The notes: a model not told the origin generated them from the letters alone. Shown: positions 37,313 to 48,591, counted from the stretch's first letter. The stretch: 64,000 nt of DNA from Gemmatimonadales bacterium (GCA_039794085.1 JBDIWC010000012.1:1-64000); one strand, 5' to 3'. Program-made: numbers and translations.

Positions 37313-38440
37313 ATGCGGATCGGCATCACCTGTTACCCCACGTACGGCGGATCGGGGGCCCTGGCCACGGAACTCGGGCTCGAGCTCGCCCGCCGCGGGC
37401 ATCAGGTTCATTTCATCACCTACGACTCTCCCTTCCGTCTCCGGGGATACACGGAGGGGGTCTACTTTCACGAAGTGGACACCCGAAGCCGCTACCCGCT
37501 CTTCGATCACTACCCCTACACCCTGGCGCTCGCGTCGAAACAACACGAGGTGGCGCTCCATGAACGCCTCGACGTGTTGCACGTGCATTATGCGATTCCC
37601 CACGCCACCGCCGCCTGGCTGGCCCGCGAGATGCTGGGAGCCGACCATCCCCTCAAGGTGATCACCACGCTCCACGGGACCGACATCACGCTGGTGGGGC
37701 AGGAGGCGAGCTTCTACGCGATCACCAAGCTCTCCATCGAGCGATCCGACGCGGTGACGGCGGTGTCCTCCTATCTGCGGGATGAGACCTACCGCGCCTT
37801 CGGGTGCGTGGGGTGCACCATCGACGTCATTCCCAACTTTGTCCGGCTCGCCGAGTATCACCCCGGATCCGAGAACGATACGCAGAGCCTCGCTCCCGCC
37901 GGACACCGCGTGATCACGCACGTCTCCAATTTCCGTGAAGTCAAACGGGTGCGGGACGTGATCAGGATCTTCGCCCGCATCCGGCGGGCGATGCCGGCGA
38001 CACTCATCATGGTGGGGGATGGCCCCGACCGGGACACGGCCGAACAGGAGGCCCGCGATCTCGAGGTGGCCGGCGACGTTCGTTTTCTCGGCCGGCTCGA
38101 TTCGGTGGTCACCCTGCTCCAGGCCAGCGATCTCTTCCTCCTCCCCTCCCAGTCCGAATCGTTCGGGTTGGCCGCGCTGGAGGCGATGGCCTGCGGGATC
38201 CCGGTGGTGGCGAGCCGGGCCGGCGGGCTCCCCGAAGTCATCACGGACGGAGTGGACGGGATTCTCGAACCGCCAGGGTCGGTCGAGGCCATGGGGCGCC
38301 GGGCGGTGGAACTCCTGCGCGACACCGACCGCCATCGCCGGATGGGGGAGTCGGCCCTGGCCAAGGCCACCCAGTTCGCCGCGGAGGTGGTGGTGCCCCA
38401 GTATGAGGCGCTGTATCACTCCGTGGTGTCCGGGAAATGA
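37313..38440 (+). CDS. bshA: N-acetyl-alpha-D-glucosaminyl L-malate synthase
   Basis: ITCYPTYGGSG, HVHYAIPHA, TTLHGTDITLVG and ESFGLAALEAM motifs. Confidence 0.93.
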   Translation: MRIGITCYPTYGGSGALATELGLELARRGHQVHFITYDSPFRLRGYTEGVYFHEVDTRSRYPLFDHYPYTLALASKQHEVALHERLDVLHVHYAIPHATAAWLAREMLGADHPLKVITTLHGTDITLVGQEASFYAITKLSIERSDAVTAVSSYLRDETYRAFGCVGCTIDVIPNFVRLAEYHPGSENDTQSLAPAGHRVITHVSNFREVKRVRDVIRIFARIRRAMPATLIMVGDGPDRDTAEQEARDLEVAGDVRFLGRLDSVVTLLQASDLFLLPSQSESFGLAALEAMACGIPVVASRAGGLPEVITDGVDGILEPPGSVEAMGRRAVELLRDTDRHRRMGESALAKATQFAAEVVVPQYEALYHSVVSGK

Positions 38441-39210
38441 CGTGGTGGGAGGGATTGATCCTGGGTGTGCTGCAGGGACTGACGGAGTTTCTTCCCATCA
38501 GCAGCTCCGGCCATCTGGTGGTGGCGGAGGGGCTCCTGGGGCTCCACGCTCCCGGTGTCGCGGTGGAGGTCATGCTGCACCTCGCCACTCTGCTCGCGGT
38601 CGTGATTGTCTATCGGGTGGCCCTCCTGCGGCTGGCTCGGGGCCTCTGGCGCCGGGAAAGTGATGCCTCGGCCCAGGTCATCTTTCTCGTGGCGGCCTCC
38701 GTCCCCGCGGCGGTCGTTGGCCTGGTCTTCCGGGATGCGCTGACCTCGGCGTTCGATTCCTACCGTCTGGTGGGGGTTGATTTTCTCCTCACCGGCGTCC
38801 TGCTCGCGAGTACCCGGTGGATCCGTCCCCGGCCGGAGCGCACCATCACCCTCGGCACCGCCCTTCTGGTGGGTGTGGCGCAGGCCGTGGCCATTCTACC
38901 CGGCATCTCCCGGTCCGGCACCACGATCGCGGCCGCGCTGTGGCGCGGCGTACCGGCGTGGCGCGCGGCGGAATTCTCCTTCCTCATGGCCGTGGTGGTG
39001 ATCGCCGGGTCGGGCGCCCTGGAGGCGCGGAATCTCGGCGCCCTTCCGCTGACGGGGGGATTGGCCACGGCCTTTGTGAGCGCGCTGGTGGCCGGTGTTA
39101 TCGCGATTCGATCGCTGCTCTGGCTCCTCCGGACCCGGCGCTTCCATCACTTCGCACCCTACCTTTTCGTTGTCGGCGGGTTCACGCTCCTCTGGTTTCG
39201 CGGGTCGTGA
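38437..39210 (+). CDS. uppP: Undecaprenyl-diphosphate phosphatase
   Basis: QGLTEFLPISSSGH and PGISRSGTT motifs. Confidence 0.95.
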   Translation: MTWWEGLILGVLQGLTEFLPISSSGHLVVAEGLLGLHAPGVAVEVMLHLATLLAVVIVYRVALLRLARGLWRRESDASAQVIFLVAASVPAAVVGLVFRDALTSAFDSYRLVGVDFLLTGVLLASTRWIRPRPERTITLGTALLVGVAQAVAILPGISRSGTTIAAALWRGVPAWRAAEFSFLMAVVVIAGSGALEARNLGALPLTGGLATAFVSALVAGVIAIRSLLWLLRTRRFHHFAPYLFVVGGFTLLWFRGS

Positions 39211-39953
39211 TCCCTCCTCCGACTCCGGCGCCGGTGCGTCGCGTCTCCACCACGACCTCGACCCAGGATCTGGCCCACGCCGAGGCGGCTCGGGGAGCTC
39301 CGCACGGGTGGATGGTGGTGGCGGATGAGCAGACGGGGAGCCGGGGATCCCGAGGGAGGACCTGGCTGGCCCCGGTGGGCGGGGCGTGGGTCAGCGTGGT
39401 GGTGCGGCCGGAATCGGCGGAGGGAGTGGCCCTGCTGAGCCTGCGGGTCGGTCTCCTCGTGGCGGAGACGCTCGAGCGGTGGATGGGAACGGGATCGGGG
39501 GCGCCGCAACTCAAGTGGCCCAACGACCTGATGGCGGGGTCCGGGAAACTGGGGGGCATTCTCTGTGAGGCGCGATGGCAGGGGGATCACCCGTCCTGGG
39601 TCGTGGCCGGCATCGGAGTGAATGTGCACAACCCGGTTCCCGCCGGGCTGGATCCACCGGCCGTGCGCCTGGCGGATCTGGCGCCGGGAGCGCCGGCCGG
39701 TCCGGAGGTGGCCCGGATTCTGGGGAGCATCGTGGCGTCGGTGGAGACCGCTCGGGGAACACTGACGGCGGCGGAGCACGCCCGGTTTGACGCCCGGGAC
39801 TGGCTGCGGGGACGGAACGTGGACCTGGGGCCGGACACCCGCGGGCGAGCCGAGGGGGTGTCGCCTGACGGCCGTCTCCGTGTTCTCGTGTCCACCCCCG
39901 ACGGCAGGGAACGCGTGTCCTTCCTCACCGCGCCCGGCGGGACCTGTTCGTGA
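39207..39953 (+). CDS. birA: Biotin-protein ligase (no HTH domain)
   Basis: STQD, QTGSRGSRGRTW, KWPND and KLGGILCE motifs. Confidence 0.92.
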   Translation: MIPPPTPAPVRRVSTTTSTQDLAHAEAARGAPHGWMVVADEQTGSRGSRGRTWLAPVGGAWVSVVVRPESAEGVALLSLRVGLLVAETLERWMGTGSGAPQLKWPNDLMAGSGKLGGILCEARWQGDHPSWVVAGIGVNVHNPVPAGLDPPAVRLADLAPGAPAGPEVARILGSIVASVETARGTLTAAEHARFDARDWLRGRNVDLGPDTRGRAEGVSPDGRLRVLVSTPDGRERVSFLTAPGGTCS

Positions 39954-40041
39954 TCCCCGGGGAACGTCCGGGGCTTGGCCCGCACGGGTGGGGAACCTTA
40001 TCTTTGCACCATTCACCTGGCTGCCAGCGGAGCTCCCTGCC

Positions 40042-40665
40042 ATGAACAACCCGGTACCCGGCGCGACGGACCAGACCGATCTCCGGCACGTGCTCGTCTC
40101 CTCCCTCAAGATCGGCGTCCTCGTCAGTGCGCTCGTCGCGCTCTTCTCGGTCACGGGCCGCCTGCTCGACGGCATGGCCGAGGTGGCCGTTCAGGCACTG
40201 CTTGTGGCCGCGGGCGTCTGGATCACCACGATGTTGCCCGGTCTCTGGACCCGGGCGCGGTCGATCGAGGGGATCGCCGGGGCGGCCGGGATCGGACTCG
40301 CCGGAACCGTGGTGTTCCTTCTGATCGATGTCTCCCTCCTCCAGCCCTTCGGGGTCTACTCCAACCGGTGGCTCGAGATCGGGGGAGGAAGCAATTGGTG
40401 GTATCACCCGGTGTGGTGGATGGCGGGCACCTTCCTCCCCTGGATGGGGGCCTTTGCTCTGGCCAACCAGGCCGCGCGGGGGCGCGATCCATCGGCTCCC
40501 TCGGTCTTCGTGATGGCCGTGGTACTGGCGCTCGTCGTGGGGGGGCTTGCGGCCATGCTGGGATTCCCGGGCGCCACGTTCAGCCTGGGAACCATGGGGG
40601 TCGCCTTCCTCCCCGCCATCGCCCTGACGGCACTCGTCACCGGCCTTGGAGCGCGGCGCGCCTAG
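40042..40665 (+). CDS. Hypothetical multi-pass membrane protein
   Basis: About six hydrophobic helices; GGGSNWWYHPVWW loop. Confidence 0.75.
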   Translation: MNNPVPGATDQTDLRHVLVSSLKIGVLVSALVALFSVTGRLLDGMAEVAVQALLVAAGVWITTMLPGLWTRARSIEGIAGAAGIGLAGTVVFLLIDVSLLQPFGVYSNRWLEIGGGSNWWYHPVWWMAGTFLPWMGAFALANQAARGRDPSAPSVFVMAVVLALVVGGLAAMLGFPGATFSLGTMGVAFLPAIALTALVTGLGARRA

Positions 40666-40674
40666 GGGCGCTCC

Positions 40675-40983
40675 GTGCCGATCGTCCGGGGATTCGCCAG
40701 AGTTTTCGGCTGGCTTCTCACGCCGGTCGTGGCGTGGATCGCCTCCTTCCTGGGCGCCTGGGTCGCGGCCTCCCTGACCAGCAGGGACCTCGATTTGAGA
40801 TGGCGCCTCGGCGTCGTCATCGGGACGGGGGCCCTCGCCGCGACCGTGTCGGCGATTCTGTGGCTCCGCCTGATTCGCCGTTCCCCCACCCTGCAAACCG
40901 CCCTGGCGGTCCATCCCGATGGGACGCCCGTCGCGGCCGACGCGGGCTCCGAGGGAGGGGATCAGGAGGATCCCGCCCCGTGA
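40675..40983 (+). CDS. Small two-TM hypothetical protein
   Basis: Two hydrophobic segments; fits the operon spacing. Confidence 0.65.
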   Translation: MPIVRGFARVFGWLLTPVVAWIASFLGAWVAASLTSRDLDLRWRLGVVIGTGALAATVSAILWLRLIRRSPTLQTALAVHPDGTPVAADAGSEGGDQEDPAP

Positions 40984-41393
40984 TCGGTGCCCGAGGATGG
41001 TTGACGCGAGGTTCCCTGGTCGCGCTACTGGCATGCGGTCCTCCGGCCGACTCTTCGCCCGCCGTGGACTCCTCCTCGGGCGAGCTCCCCACCCCCGCGT
41101 CGGCGCGGACCGCAACCCTCCCGGATTCGCTCCTTCTCACCCTCGGATCGGGGGCGACCGTCTGGTGGACCACCGGGCGGGAGGTGGAGGGTGAGGAGGG
41201 AACGACCTGCCTGGAACGGGCGATCGAGATCCGTGTGGATACGACTCGCCGACTCGTCCCCCTCCTCTACACCAGGACCGCGCCGGTCGCCCTGTCCGAC
41301 TCGGTCTTCCGCGCCGCCCTTTCGACCCGGTGCCGTCCGGGGGGGATGTATCGCGTCCACGTTCGCACCGCCCAGCCGGAGCCGATCGAATGA
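40980..41393 (+). CDS. Hypothetical lipoprotein
   Basis: GTGA overlap; lipobox LLAC; Cys pair TCLER...RCRP. Confidence 0.65.
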   Translation: MIGARGWLTRGSLVALLACGPPADSSPAVDSSSGELPTPASARTATLPDSLLLTLGSGATVWWTTGREVEGEEGTTCLERAIEIRVDTTRRLVPLLYTRTAPVALSDSVFRAALSTRCRPGGMYRVHVRTAQPEPIE

Positions 41394-42370
41394 CACACCC
41401 ACCCCGTGGGATTCTGCCCGTGAGAACAATCCTTGCCCTCGTCCTCCTGGGGTGGGACGGGTTCATCGAGATCCATCCCGCCTCGGCTCAGGAGGTCGCC
41501 CTTCGGGTGAGCCGGTTGATCGGAAACGAACCGGACCTCGACGGACTCTTCGTCTCCTTCTCGAACGGGACCGGAGTGGCGGCGATCGAGGTCAATGCGG
41601 GCCGGTGGAATCTCCGGGGAGCCCAGGACGGAGGGCTCTATGGGATTGGAGCGGATGCCCGGCTCTTTCGAGGGACTCTCGGCCCCTTCTACCTCATCGG
41701 TGGAGTGCAGGGCGGGTTCGGCACCAAGGACGCGTCGACCCTCTGGGGGTCCTGGTCGGTCGGGGGCGGGTACGACCTCCTCGTCGCAGGACCGATCCGG
41801 CTCGGCCTCGAGGCCCGGTACCGTGGGGTGTCCCAGGACTCCCGGAATGGGATCGAGATAGGCGGCCGGATCGGAATCGGGTTCGGTGGGGGGGATGGAT
41901 CGGGGCAGAGCAGGGTGTCGGCCCTTCCCGGGACCAGGCCAGCCACCACCTCCCCGCTGGGAAGCGCCGCCGCAGGCACGTCAGCTGTCGAGGGGGTGGT
42001 CCAGGTGGCGCTCGATGCGATGGGGACGCCCTATCGGTGGGGGGGATCCAGCGCAAACGGATTCGACTGTTCCGGCCTCATTCACTTTGCCTATGGACAG
42101 CGGGGAGTGACCCTCCCGCGCCGCGGCGAAGACCAGGCCCGGATGGGGACGGAGGTGCCCCGCGTCATGGCCGCCCTCCGGCCCGGGGACATTCTCACAT
42201 TCGGAAGCGGGGAAGGGAAGCCGGTGACCCATGTGGGTCTCTATCTCGGGGAGGGCCGGTTCATACACAGTGGGAGCTCCGGGGTCCAGATCAGCGCGCT
42301 GAGCGAGGCCGATCCGACCGGCGCCTGGTGGCGCGCGCGCTGGGTGGGTGCCCGGCGAATTCTGGAGTAG
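41390..42370 (+). CDS. NlpC/P60 (C40) peptidase with N-terminal outer-membrane beta-barrel-like domain
   Basis: GTPYRWGG, FDCSG, THVGLY and FIHSG motifs; alternating beta strands ending GIEIGGRIGIGF. Confidence 0.88.
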   Translation: MTHPPRGILPVRTILALVLLGWDGFIEIHPASAQEVALRVSRLIGNEPDLDGLFVSFSNGTGVAAIEVNAGRWNLRGAQDGGLYGIGADARLFRGTLGPFYLIGGVQGGFGTKDASTLWGSWSVGGGYDLLVAGPIRLGLEARYRGVSQDSRNGIEIGGRIGIGFGGGDGSGQSRVSALPGTRPATTSPLGSAAAGTSAVEGVVQVALDAMGTPYRWGGSSANGFDCSGLIHFAYGQRGVTLPRRGEDQARMGTEVPRVMAALRPGDILTFGSGEGKPVTHVGLYLGEGRFIHSGSSGVQISALSEADPTGAWWRARWVGARRILE

Positions 42371-42379
42371 GCAGAGCAG

Positions 42380-42414
42380 AACAACAATACGGGGCGCTCG
42401 ACTGAGCACCCCGT
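42380..42414 (-). terminator. Terminator between convergent genes
   Basis: Minus strand ACGGGGTGCTC-AGTC-GAGCGCCCCGT followed by ATTGTTGTT. Confidence 0.65.
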
Positions 42415-42448
42415 CTTCGCGTGACAACCGGGCCCGGAGGCCCCATGG

Positions 42449-43570
42449 CTATCGGCGATTCTGAATCGGTTTTGCCGACGGCTTGGCAGGGGTCGGCATC
42501 GTGTGGCCCGCGTGGTCGTCGGCGCCACTGTGCTGGTGACCACCCCCCATCTCCTCCAACTTGGCGAGATCGGTCTGCAGGGTTTCGTCCGCGAGGTCAA
42601 TGGTCGGCCACTCGCCCAGGTTGTCCGGTGCGAAGAGCCCCACCATGTGCGCCATCGCGCCCGGAATCATCTTGCCGGTCGGGTTGTCATAGACCCCGAC
42701 AACCCGGTAGCGCTTTCCGGCCTCGAGCTTGAGCCCCTTGCCCGAGACGCCGAACAGTTTCCGGTCAAGTTTCAGGAGCCGCCCCTCCGCGTCCTTCCGG
42801 GCCTTGATCTCGGTCAGAACCTTCCCGTTCTCGACGTCCTCGAGTCGCACCGCAGTCCCGTAGTCGTGCATGTGGCCTCCCACACCGAGCAGCCGGCCGT
42901 TGATGGGGAAGGTGAACTCGTAGCTCTTTTCGGAATGGCCCGCGGGCATGTCGAAGGCATTGCCCTCGCCCACCGTCAGGTTGACGTCCATGTAGATGGG
43001 AAGGGCATGCACCGGCTGGGGGTTCAGGTTGGCCGGGCTGTACTGCATGATGATGGTGAACTGGACCCCTTCCAGGTCCTTGCCGGTTTCGTTGGACCAC
43101 ATGAAGTAGGCTCCGAGACGCTGGCCGGGCTCGAGGGGCACGCCGATCGTCCGGGGGATGGTGGTCTCCCCGGTTTCCTGACCCGCACCCATGAGGCGCT
43201 CGACCGCCGGGTAGAGGAGCTGGCGGCGATCGAAGTTGATCATGATCATGTGGTGCAGGACCCGGGAAGGAACCTCCACCCCGTTCTTGTCCTTCATCTC
43301 GTAGCGAAAGCCCCGGAACCAGGACTGGTTGGGCCATGCGAACCGGTAGACCGGGCTGTTGCCGTGCTCGCCCCCGTCCATCTCCATTTCGTCGTGGGAC
43401 ATGCCGGGCGGGAGTGCGGGGATGTCGAAGGGCCCGACCGTGATGATCACTTCCCGGCGCGAGGAATCGACCACGACCCGGGTTGTGACCTCGTCGGACG
43501 GGGTGGTGACGACAGGCCAGGGGCCGGCGGACAGCGCGAGGAGTGCGGTTGAGGCCATCACAGCGAACAT
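42449..43570 (-). CDS. Secreted copper type II monooxygenase-like protein (PHM/DBM-like fold)
   Basis: RBS AAGGAGG; signal peptide; VLHHM, GGHMHDYG and GAMAHM motifs; His/Met-rich termini. Confidence 0.6.
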   Translation of the reverse strand: MFAVMASTALLALSAGPWPVVTTPSDEVTTRVVVDSSRREVIITVGPFDIPALPPGMSHDEMEMDGGEHGNSPVYRFAWPNQSWFRGFRYEMKDKNGVEVPSRVLHHMIMINFDRRQLLYPAVERLMGAGQETGETTIPRTIGVPLEPGQRLGAYFMWSNETGKDLEGVQFTIIMQYSPANLNPQPVHALPIYMDVNLTVGEGNAFDMPAGHSEKSYEFTFPINGRLLGVGGHMHDYGTAVRLEDVENGKVLTEIKARKDAEGRLLKLDRKLFGVSGKGLKLEAGKRYRVVGVYDNPTGKMIPGAMAHMVGLFAPDNLGEWPTIDLADETLQTDLAKLEEMGGGHQHSGADDHAGHTMPTPAKPSAKPIQNRR

Positions 43571-43929
43571 TCGGTTTCCTCCTTGTCGAGATCGGATCCG
43601 GGGCGAGCCGGGCGACACGGGACTGGGTCAGTTCAGGGCAGCAAGAAAGACGTGGGAATGATGGTTTGTCAAGCAAGTCAGGAAGGCGAATCCCGACGCC
43701 TGAACTCAGTTTATTCACACGAACGTCGCGGTCGGAAACTGCTCGTGAGGCCGCTACAGAGAGAAGAACGACGCCGGGAGAGAGACGGTTCCGTGTCAGG
43801 TCAGGGTGCCGGAGGTGGACGGGTGAACAGGCGGGTGAACATGGCGGTCCGGTTGGGTAGCTGGGGTTCTCGTGTCGGCCAAAACGGCAGGATTTACGGG
43901 CACGGAGTCTGCTAAACAGAGGGTGCCGC

Positions 43930-43957
43930 TTGACAGGCACCCGGGGCGGCTTATCTT
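43930..43957 (+). promoter_or_regulatory. sigma70 promoter of groESL
   Basis: TTGACA-N16-TATCTT. Confidence 0.7.
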
Positions 43958-43968
43958 TGGCCTCGGGT

Positions 43969-43995
43969 TTGGCACTCGTGGCATGAGAGTGCCAA
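43969..43995. promoter_or_regulatory. CIRCE element (HrcA operator)
   Basis: TTGGCACTC-N9-GAGTGCCAA upstream of groES. Confidence 0.93.
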
Positions 43996-44048
43996 GCAAT
44001 TGTCTGATGGTAAGTTACACGTTAACCCGAAGGGTGAGGAGTCCGTCA

Positions 44049-44369
44049 ATGTCCACTGCCGCAGCCACCAAGGCCAAGCCGAAGCTCAAGATCACCCCCC
44101 TCGAGGACCGGGTGGTCATTCTCCCGTCCGACGAGGAGGAGACGATGCGGGGAGGGTTGTACATCCCTGACACCGCCAAGGAAAAGCCCACCCAGGGCGA
44201 AGTCATCGCGGTCGGTCCCGGCCGGATGGAAAAGGGAGTCCGCGTCAAGGTCGACCTCGCGGTCGGCGATGTGGTGATCTACGGGAAGTACAGCGGGACG
44301 CCGTACACCGTCAACAACACTGAAGTCATTTTGATCAAGGCTTCCGACGTCCTCGCCAAGCTTGGCTGA
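44049..44369 (+). CDS. groES: Co-chaperonin GroES
   Basis: PLEDRVVI, GGLYIPDTAKEKP and VIAVGPG motifs. Confidence 0.97.
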   Translation: MSTAAATKAKPKLKITPLEDRVVILPSDEEETMRGGLYIPDTAKEKPTQGEVIAVGPGRMEKGVRVKVDLAVGDVVIYGKYSGTPYTVNNTEVILIKASDVLAKLG

Positions 44370-46034
<1,665 letters not shown>

Positions 46035-46079
46035 CCACCCGTCCCCCCCTCGGGGGGGCTGCGGTCGGAAGGCGTGCGG

Positions 46080-46112
46080 CGGGGCGGTCCTCTCGGGGGC
46101 CGCCCCGTTGTG
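46080..46112 (+). terminator. groEL terminator-like stem-loop
   Basis: CGGGGCGGTCC...GGGCCGCCCCG followed by TTGTG. Confidence 0.6.
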
Positions 46113-46200
46113 CTGTCCCGCCTCGTGTGCATGAGGCTGACGGTGAGTCGTTATATTGCGGAATGAGATCGATCCTCGCGCGCTCCGGAAAGGGGGCCCC

Positions 46201-46620
46201 ATGACATTTCGATCGGTGCTGGCCACCCTCTCCCTCACCCTGGGACTCGCCTGGGTGAGCCCGGCGTCCGTCACGGCCCAGAAGGCCCCGGCGGCTGATC
46301 CCCTGTACGGAACCTGGGAAGCCAAGACGAAGGAGGGGGTGCATACCGTGGTCATCCGGTCCGACTCGAGCGCGAGTTACGGAGAGGAGACCGTGCGGTG
46401 GCGGATCCAGAAGGACGTCATCTGGCTCGCCCTGGGAGGGGAATGGGTGGATTACCGGATGAAGCTCCGCGGCAGGAGCCTCACTCTCTCCGGGGGTGAC
46501 CTGACCGAGCCGATCACCCTCACCAAGATCGGTCCGCCGTCTCCCCGGGCCACGGGCGTGGCGGTTCCCCCCGATCCCGACGCGGTTCCCCGCCGGTCGG
46601 TCAGGGTACCGAAGCGGTAG
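46201..46620 (+). CDS. Secreted hypothetical protein
   Basis: Signal peptide (VTAQ); LYGTW start of a beta-rich domain. Confidence 0.7.
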   Translation: MTFRSVLATLSLTLGLAWVSPASVTAQKAPAADPLYGTWEAKTKEGVHTVVIRSDSSASYGEETVRWRIQKDVIWLALGGEWVDYRMKLRGRSLTLSGGDLTEPITLTKIGPPSPRATGVAVPPDPDAVPRRSVRVPKR

Positions 46621-47422
46621 TCGCTCCCCCCAGGGTGATGGGCGGGAGAGAATCTCCCTGGGAGGCGACGAAGAGTCCCCCCGCAAATCCCACTTCCTCC
46701 AGGGCCGTTCCCACGGTCTCCCGGGCCCGATCGGGCGCGTTGCAGTTCTGGCTCAGGTGCGCCAGCACCACGGCCTCCAGGGCGGGATGCCAGAGCTCTC
46801 GCAGCAGATTGGCGGTGACGCGATTGGACAGATGCCCCTCCGACCCGGCGATCCGGGCCTGGACGGAGGCGGGATACCCGCTCGATCGCAGCAGCCCCTC
46901 GTCGTAGTTGGCCTCGATCACCATGGCATGCACCCCGCTGAGCAGATACCGCACGCCCGTGGTCGGTCGTCCCAGATCGAAGGCGAACCCGATCCGGACC
47001 CCGGTGCGGGAGGTGACCGCGAGAGCCATCGGTTCGGCGGCATCGTGCACGATCGGGCTTCCGGCCACGCTGAAAGGGCCGATTTCCACATGCCCGGAAA
47101 ATCCGACCCGGAGATGGATGAGAGAGTCCGGCCGGCCTGACAGGCGTCGCCAGGTCCCGCCCGAGGCCAGGACGGGGACGCCCAGAAGGCCAGCGATCCG
47201 GACCGCACCCCGCGAGTGATCGCCGTGCTCGTGGGTCAGCGCCACGCCCACGACGCGATCCGGATCGAGGCCGTTGTCCGTCATTCGGCGCATCAGCTCG
47301 CGGGCACTGAATCCTGCTTCGACGAGGAGCAGGGCCTCTTCCGACTCCACCACGAACGCGTTCCCCTTCGAGCCCGATCCGAGCACATGCAAGCGCGTCC
47401 CGGGGGTGAACGCTGTCGTCAT
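46601..47422 (-). CDS. MBL-fold metallohydrolase (YycJ/WalJ-like)
   Basis: GSGSKGN, THEHGDH, HDAAEP, GHLSN and LAHLS motifs. Confidence 0.92.
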   Translation of the reverse strand: MTTAFTPGTRLHVLGSGSKGNAFVVESEEALLLVEAGFSARELMRRMTDNGLDPDRVVGVALTHEHGDHSRGAVRIAGLLGVPVLASGGTWRRLSGRPDSLIHLRVGFSGHVEIGPFSVAGSPIVHDAAEPMALAVTSRTGVRIGFAFDLGRPTTGVRYLLSGVHAMVIEANYDEGLLRSSGYPASVQARIAGSEGHLSNRVTANLLRELWHPALEAVVLAHLSQNCNAPDRARETVGTALEEVGFAGGLFVASQGDSLPPITLGGATTASVP

Positions 47423-48591
47423 CGGGTCAGCCGGGCATGGAGCCGACGAAGCGACGCCTCTCGGTCCGGTGTCAGTTCCACCCCGCGGCGCGGCATGACC
47501 CGCGTGGCCACGCGAAGGAACCCCTCGAGGGTCACCCGCTCCGCACCGTCGGCACCCCACGAAAACGCGGGCACGTGGCGAGGGACGGGAGGAGGGCCAT
47601 GGACACTCGCCCCCGCCCCGATGATCGTCCCGGTGGCCAGGAGAGTCCCGATCGCCGTCTTGGCGTGATCGCCGATGAGGGAGCCCAGAAACATCCGCCC
47701 GGTGGGGAGAGGCCCCTCGGGGAGGGCGAGGGAGATCTCCCCGTAGGTGTTCTTCAGGTTCGACGTGATGGTCCCCGCCCCGAGATTGACCCACTGCCCC
47801 AGCACGGAATGCCCGAGGAATCCATCATGCGCCTTGTTGGCAAATCCGGTGAAGACCGAGGAGGCCACTTCGCCATGGACGCGACAGGAGGGACCGATCA
47901 CGGAGTGACGGATGCTCCCGCCCAGCAGGACCGTGTCGACCTGGACATGGAGCGGTCCTTCGAGGCGGGTTCCCGACCGGACCACGACGCCCTCCTCCAG
48001 CACGATCGGTCCTCCCCGGAGGTCGAGCACCACGCCCGGCTCGATCACGGCGTCCCCGGCGGCGAGGAGGGCCGGATCACCGAGGACGATGGTGCCCGCG
48101 GGGACGGGGGAGGAATCGAGGAGCTGCAGGCAATCGGATCCGAGGCGGTGCTCCAGCATGTCGAGGAGGCTCGCCGTCCCGGTGAGGTGCATTCCCGAGA
48201 CGGGTGTCGTGGGATCGGAGCGCTGGTCGGCCCCGGTCCACACCGATCCGCGGGGCACCCACCAGCCGACGGGGGTTCCGGCCTGGTCCACAAGTGTGCC
48301 GGCCGGGTCCGGTCCCGGTCGCGCATCGAGGTCCGGCGCGAAGTCGGAACGCACCACGAGCGCCGGCCCGGAAAGGGAAGTCGCCGACGGGACCACGGGG
48401 ATGGTCCCGGTGTCCGCGAAACCGGAAACGGCGTCGCTCAGGATGCTTGCCGTGGGAAGAGTCGTCACGAGTTCCCACCGCTCACGAACGAGGAGGGCAC
48501 CGGCCCGCAACTCGGAGACGGGTCTCACGCCGGCAAAGGGAGCCCACGCGGAGGTAGCCGGGGGATCGAGGAGATGCAACACGGCGGTCAT
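47419..48591 (-). CDS. Putative sugar nucleotidyltransferase with hexapeptide repeats (GlmU-like)
   Basis: RPVSELRAG, NKAHDGFLGHSVLGQWVNLGAGTITSNLKNTYG. Confidence 0.85.
   Translation of the reverse strand: MTAVLHLLDPPATSAWAPFAGVRPVSELRAGALLVRERWELVTTLPTASILSDAVSGFADTGTIPVVPSATSLSGPALVVRSDFAPDLDARPGPDPAGTLVDQAGTPVGWWVPRGSVWTGADQRSDPTTPVSGMHLTGTASLLDMLEHRLGSDCLQLLDSSPVPAGTIVLGDPALLAAGDAVIEPGVVLDLRGGPIVLEEGVVVRSGTRLEGPLHVQVDTVLLGGSIRHSVIGPSCRVHGEVASSVFTGFANKAHDGFLGHSVLGQWVNLGAGTITSNLKNTYGEISLALPEGPLPTGRMFLGSLIGDHAKTAIGTLLATGTIIGAGASVHGPPPVPRHVPAFSWGADGAERVTLEGFLRVATRVMPRRGVELTPDREASLRRLHARLTR

Noticed and set aside
43620..43920. Possible ncRNA or riboswitch in the intergenic regions 43620-43920 and 22353-22749
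   Set aside because: No recognisable riboswitch or ncRNA motif by eye; an Infernal/Rfam search would be needed.
46163..46204. Possible leaderless mini-ORF MRSILARSGKGAP overlapping the next start; a similar 15-aa ORF at 57036..56989 (-)
   Set aside because: A -10-like hexamer precedes each, but such short ORFs arise easily by chance and conservation cannot be checked here.
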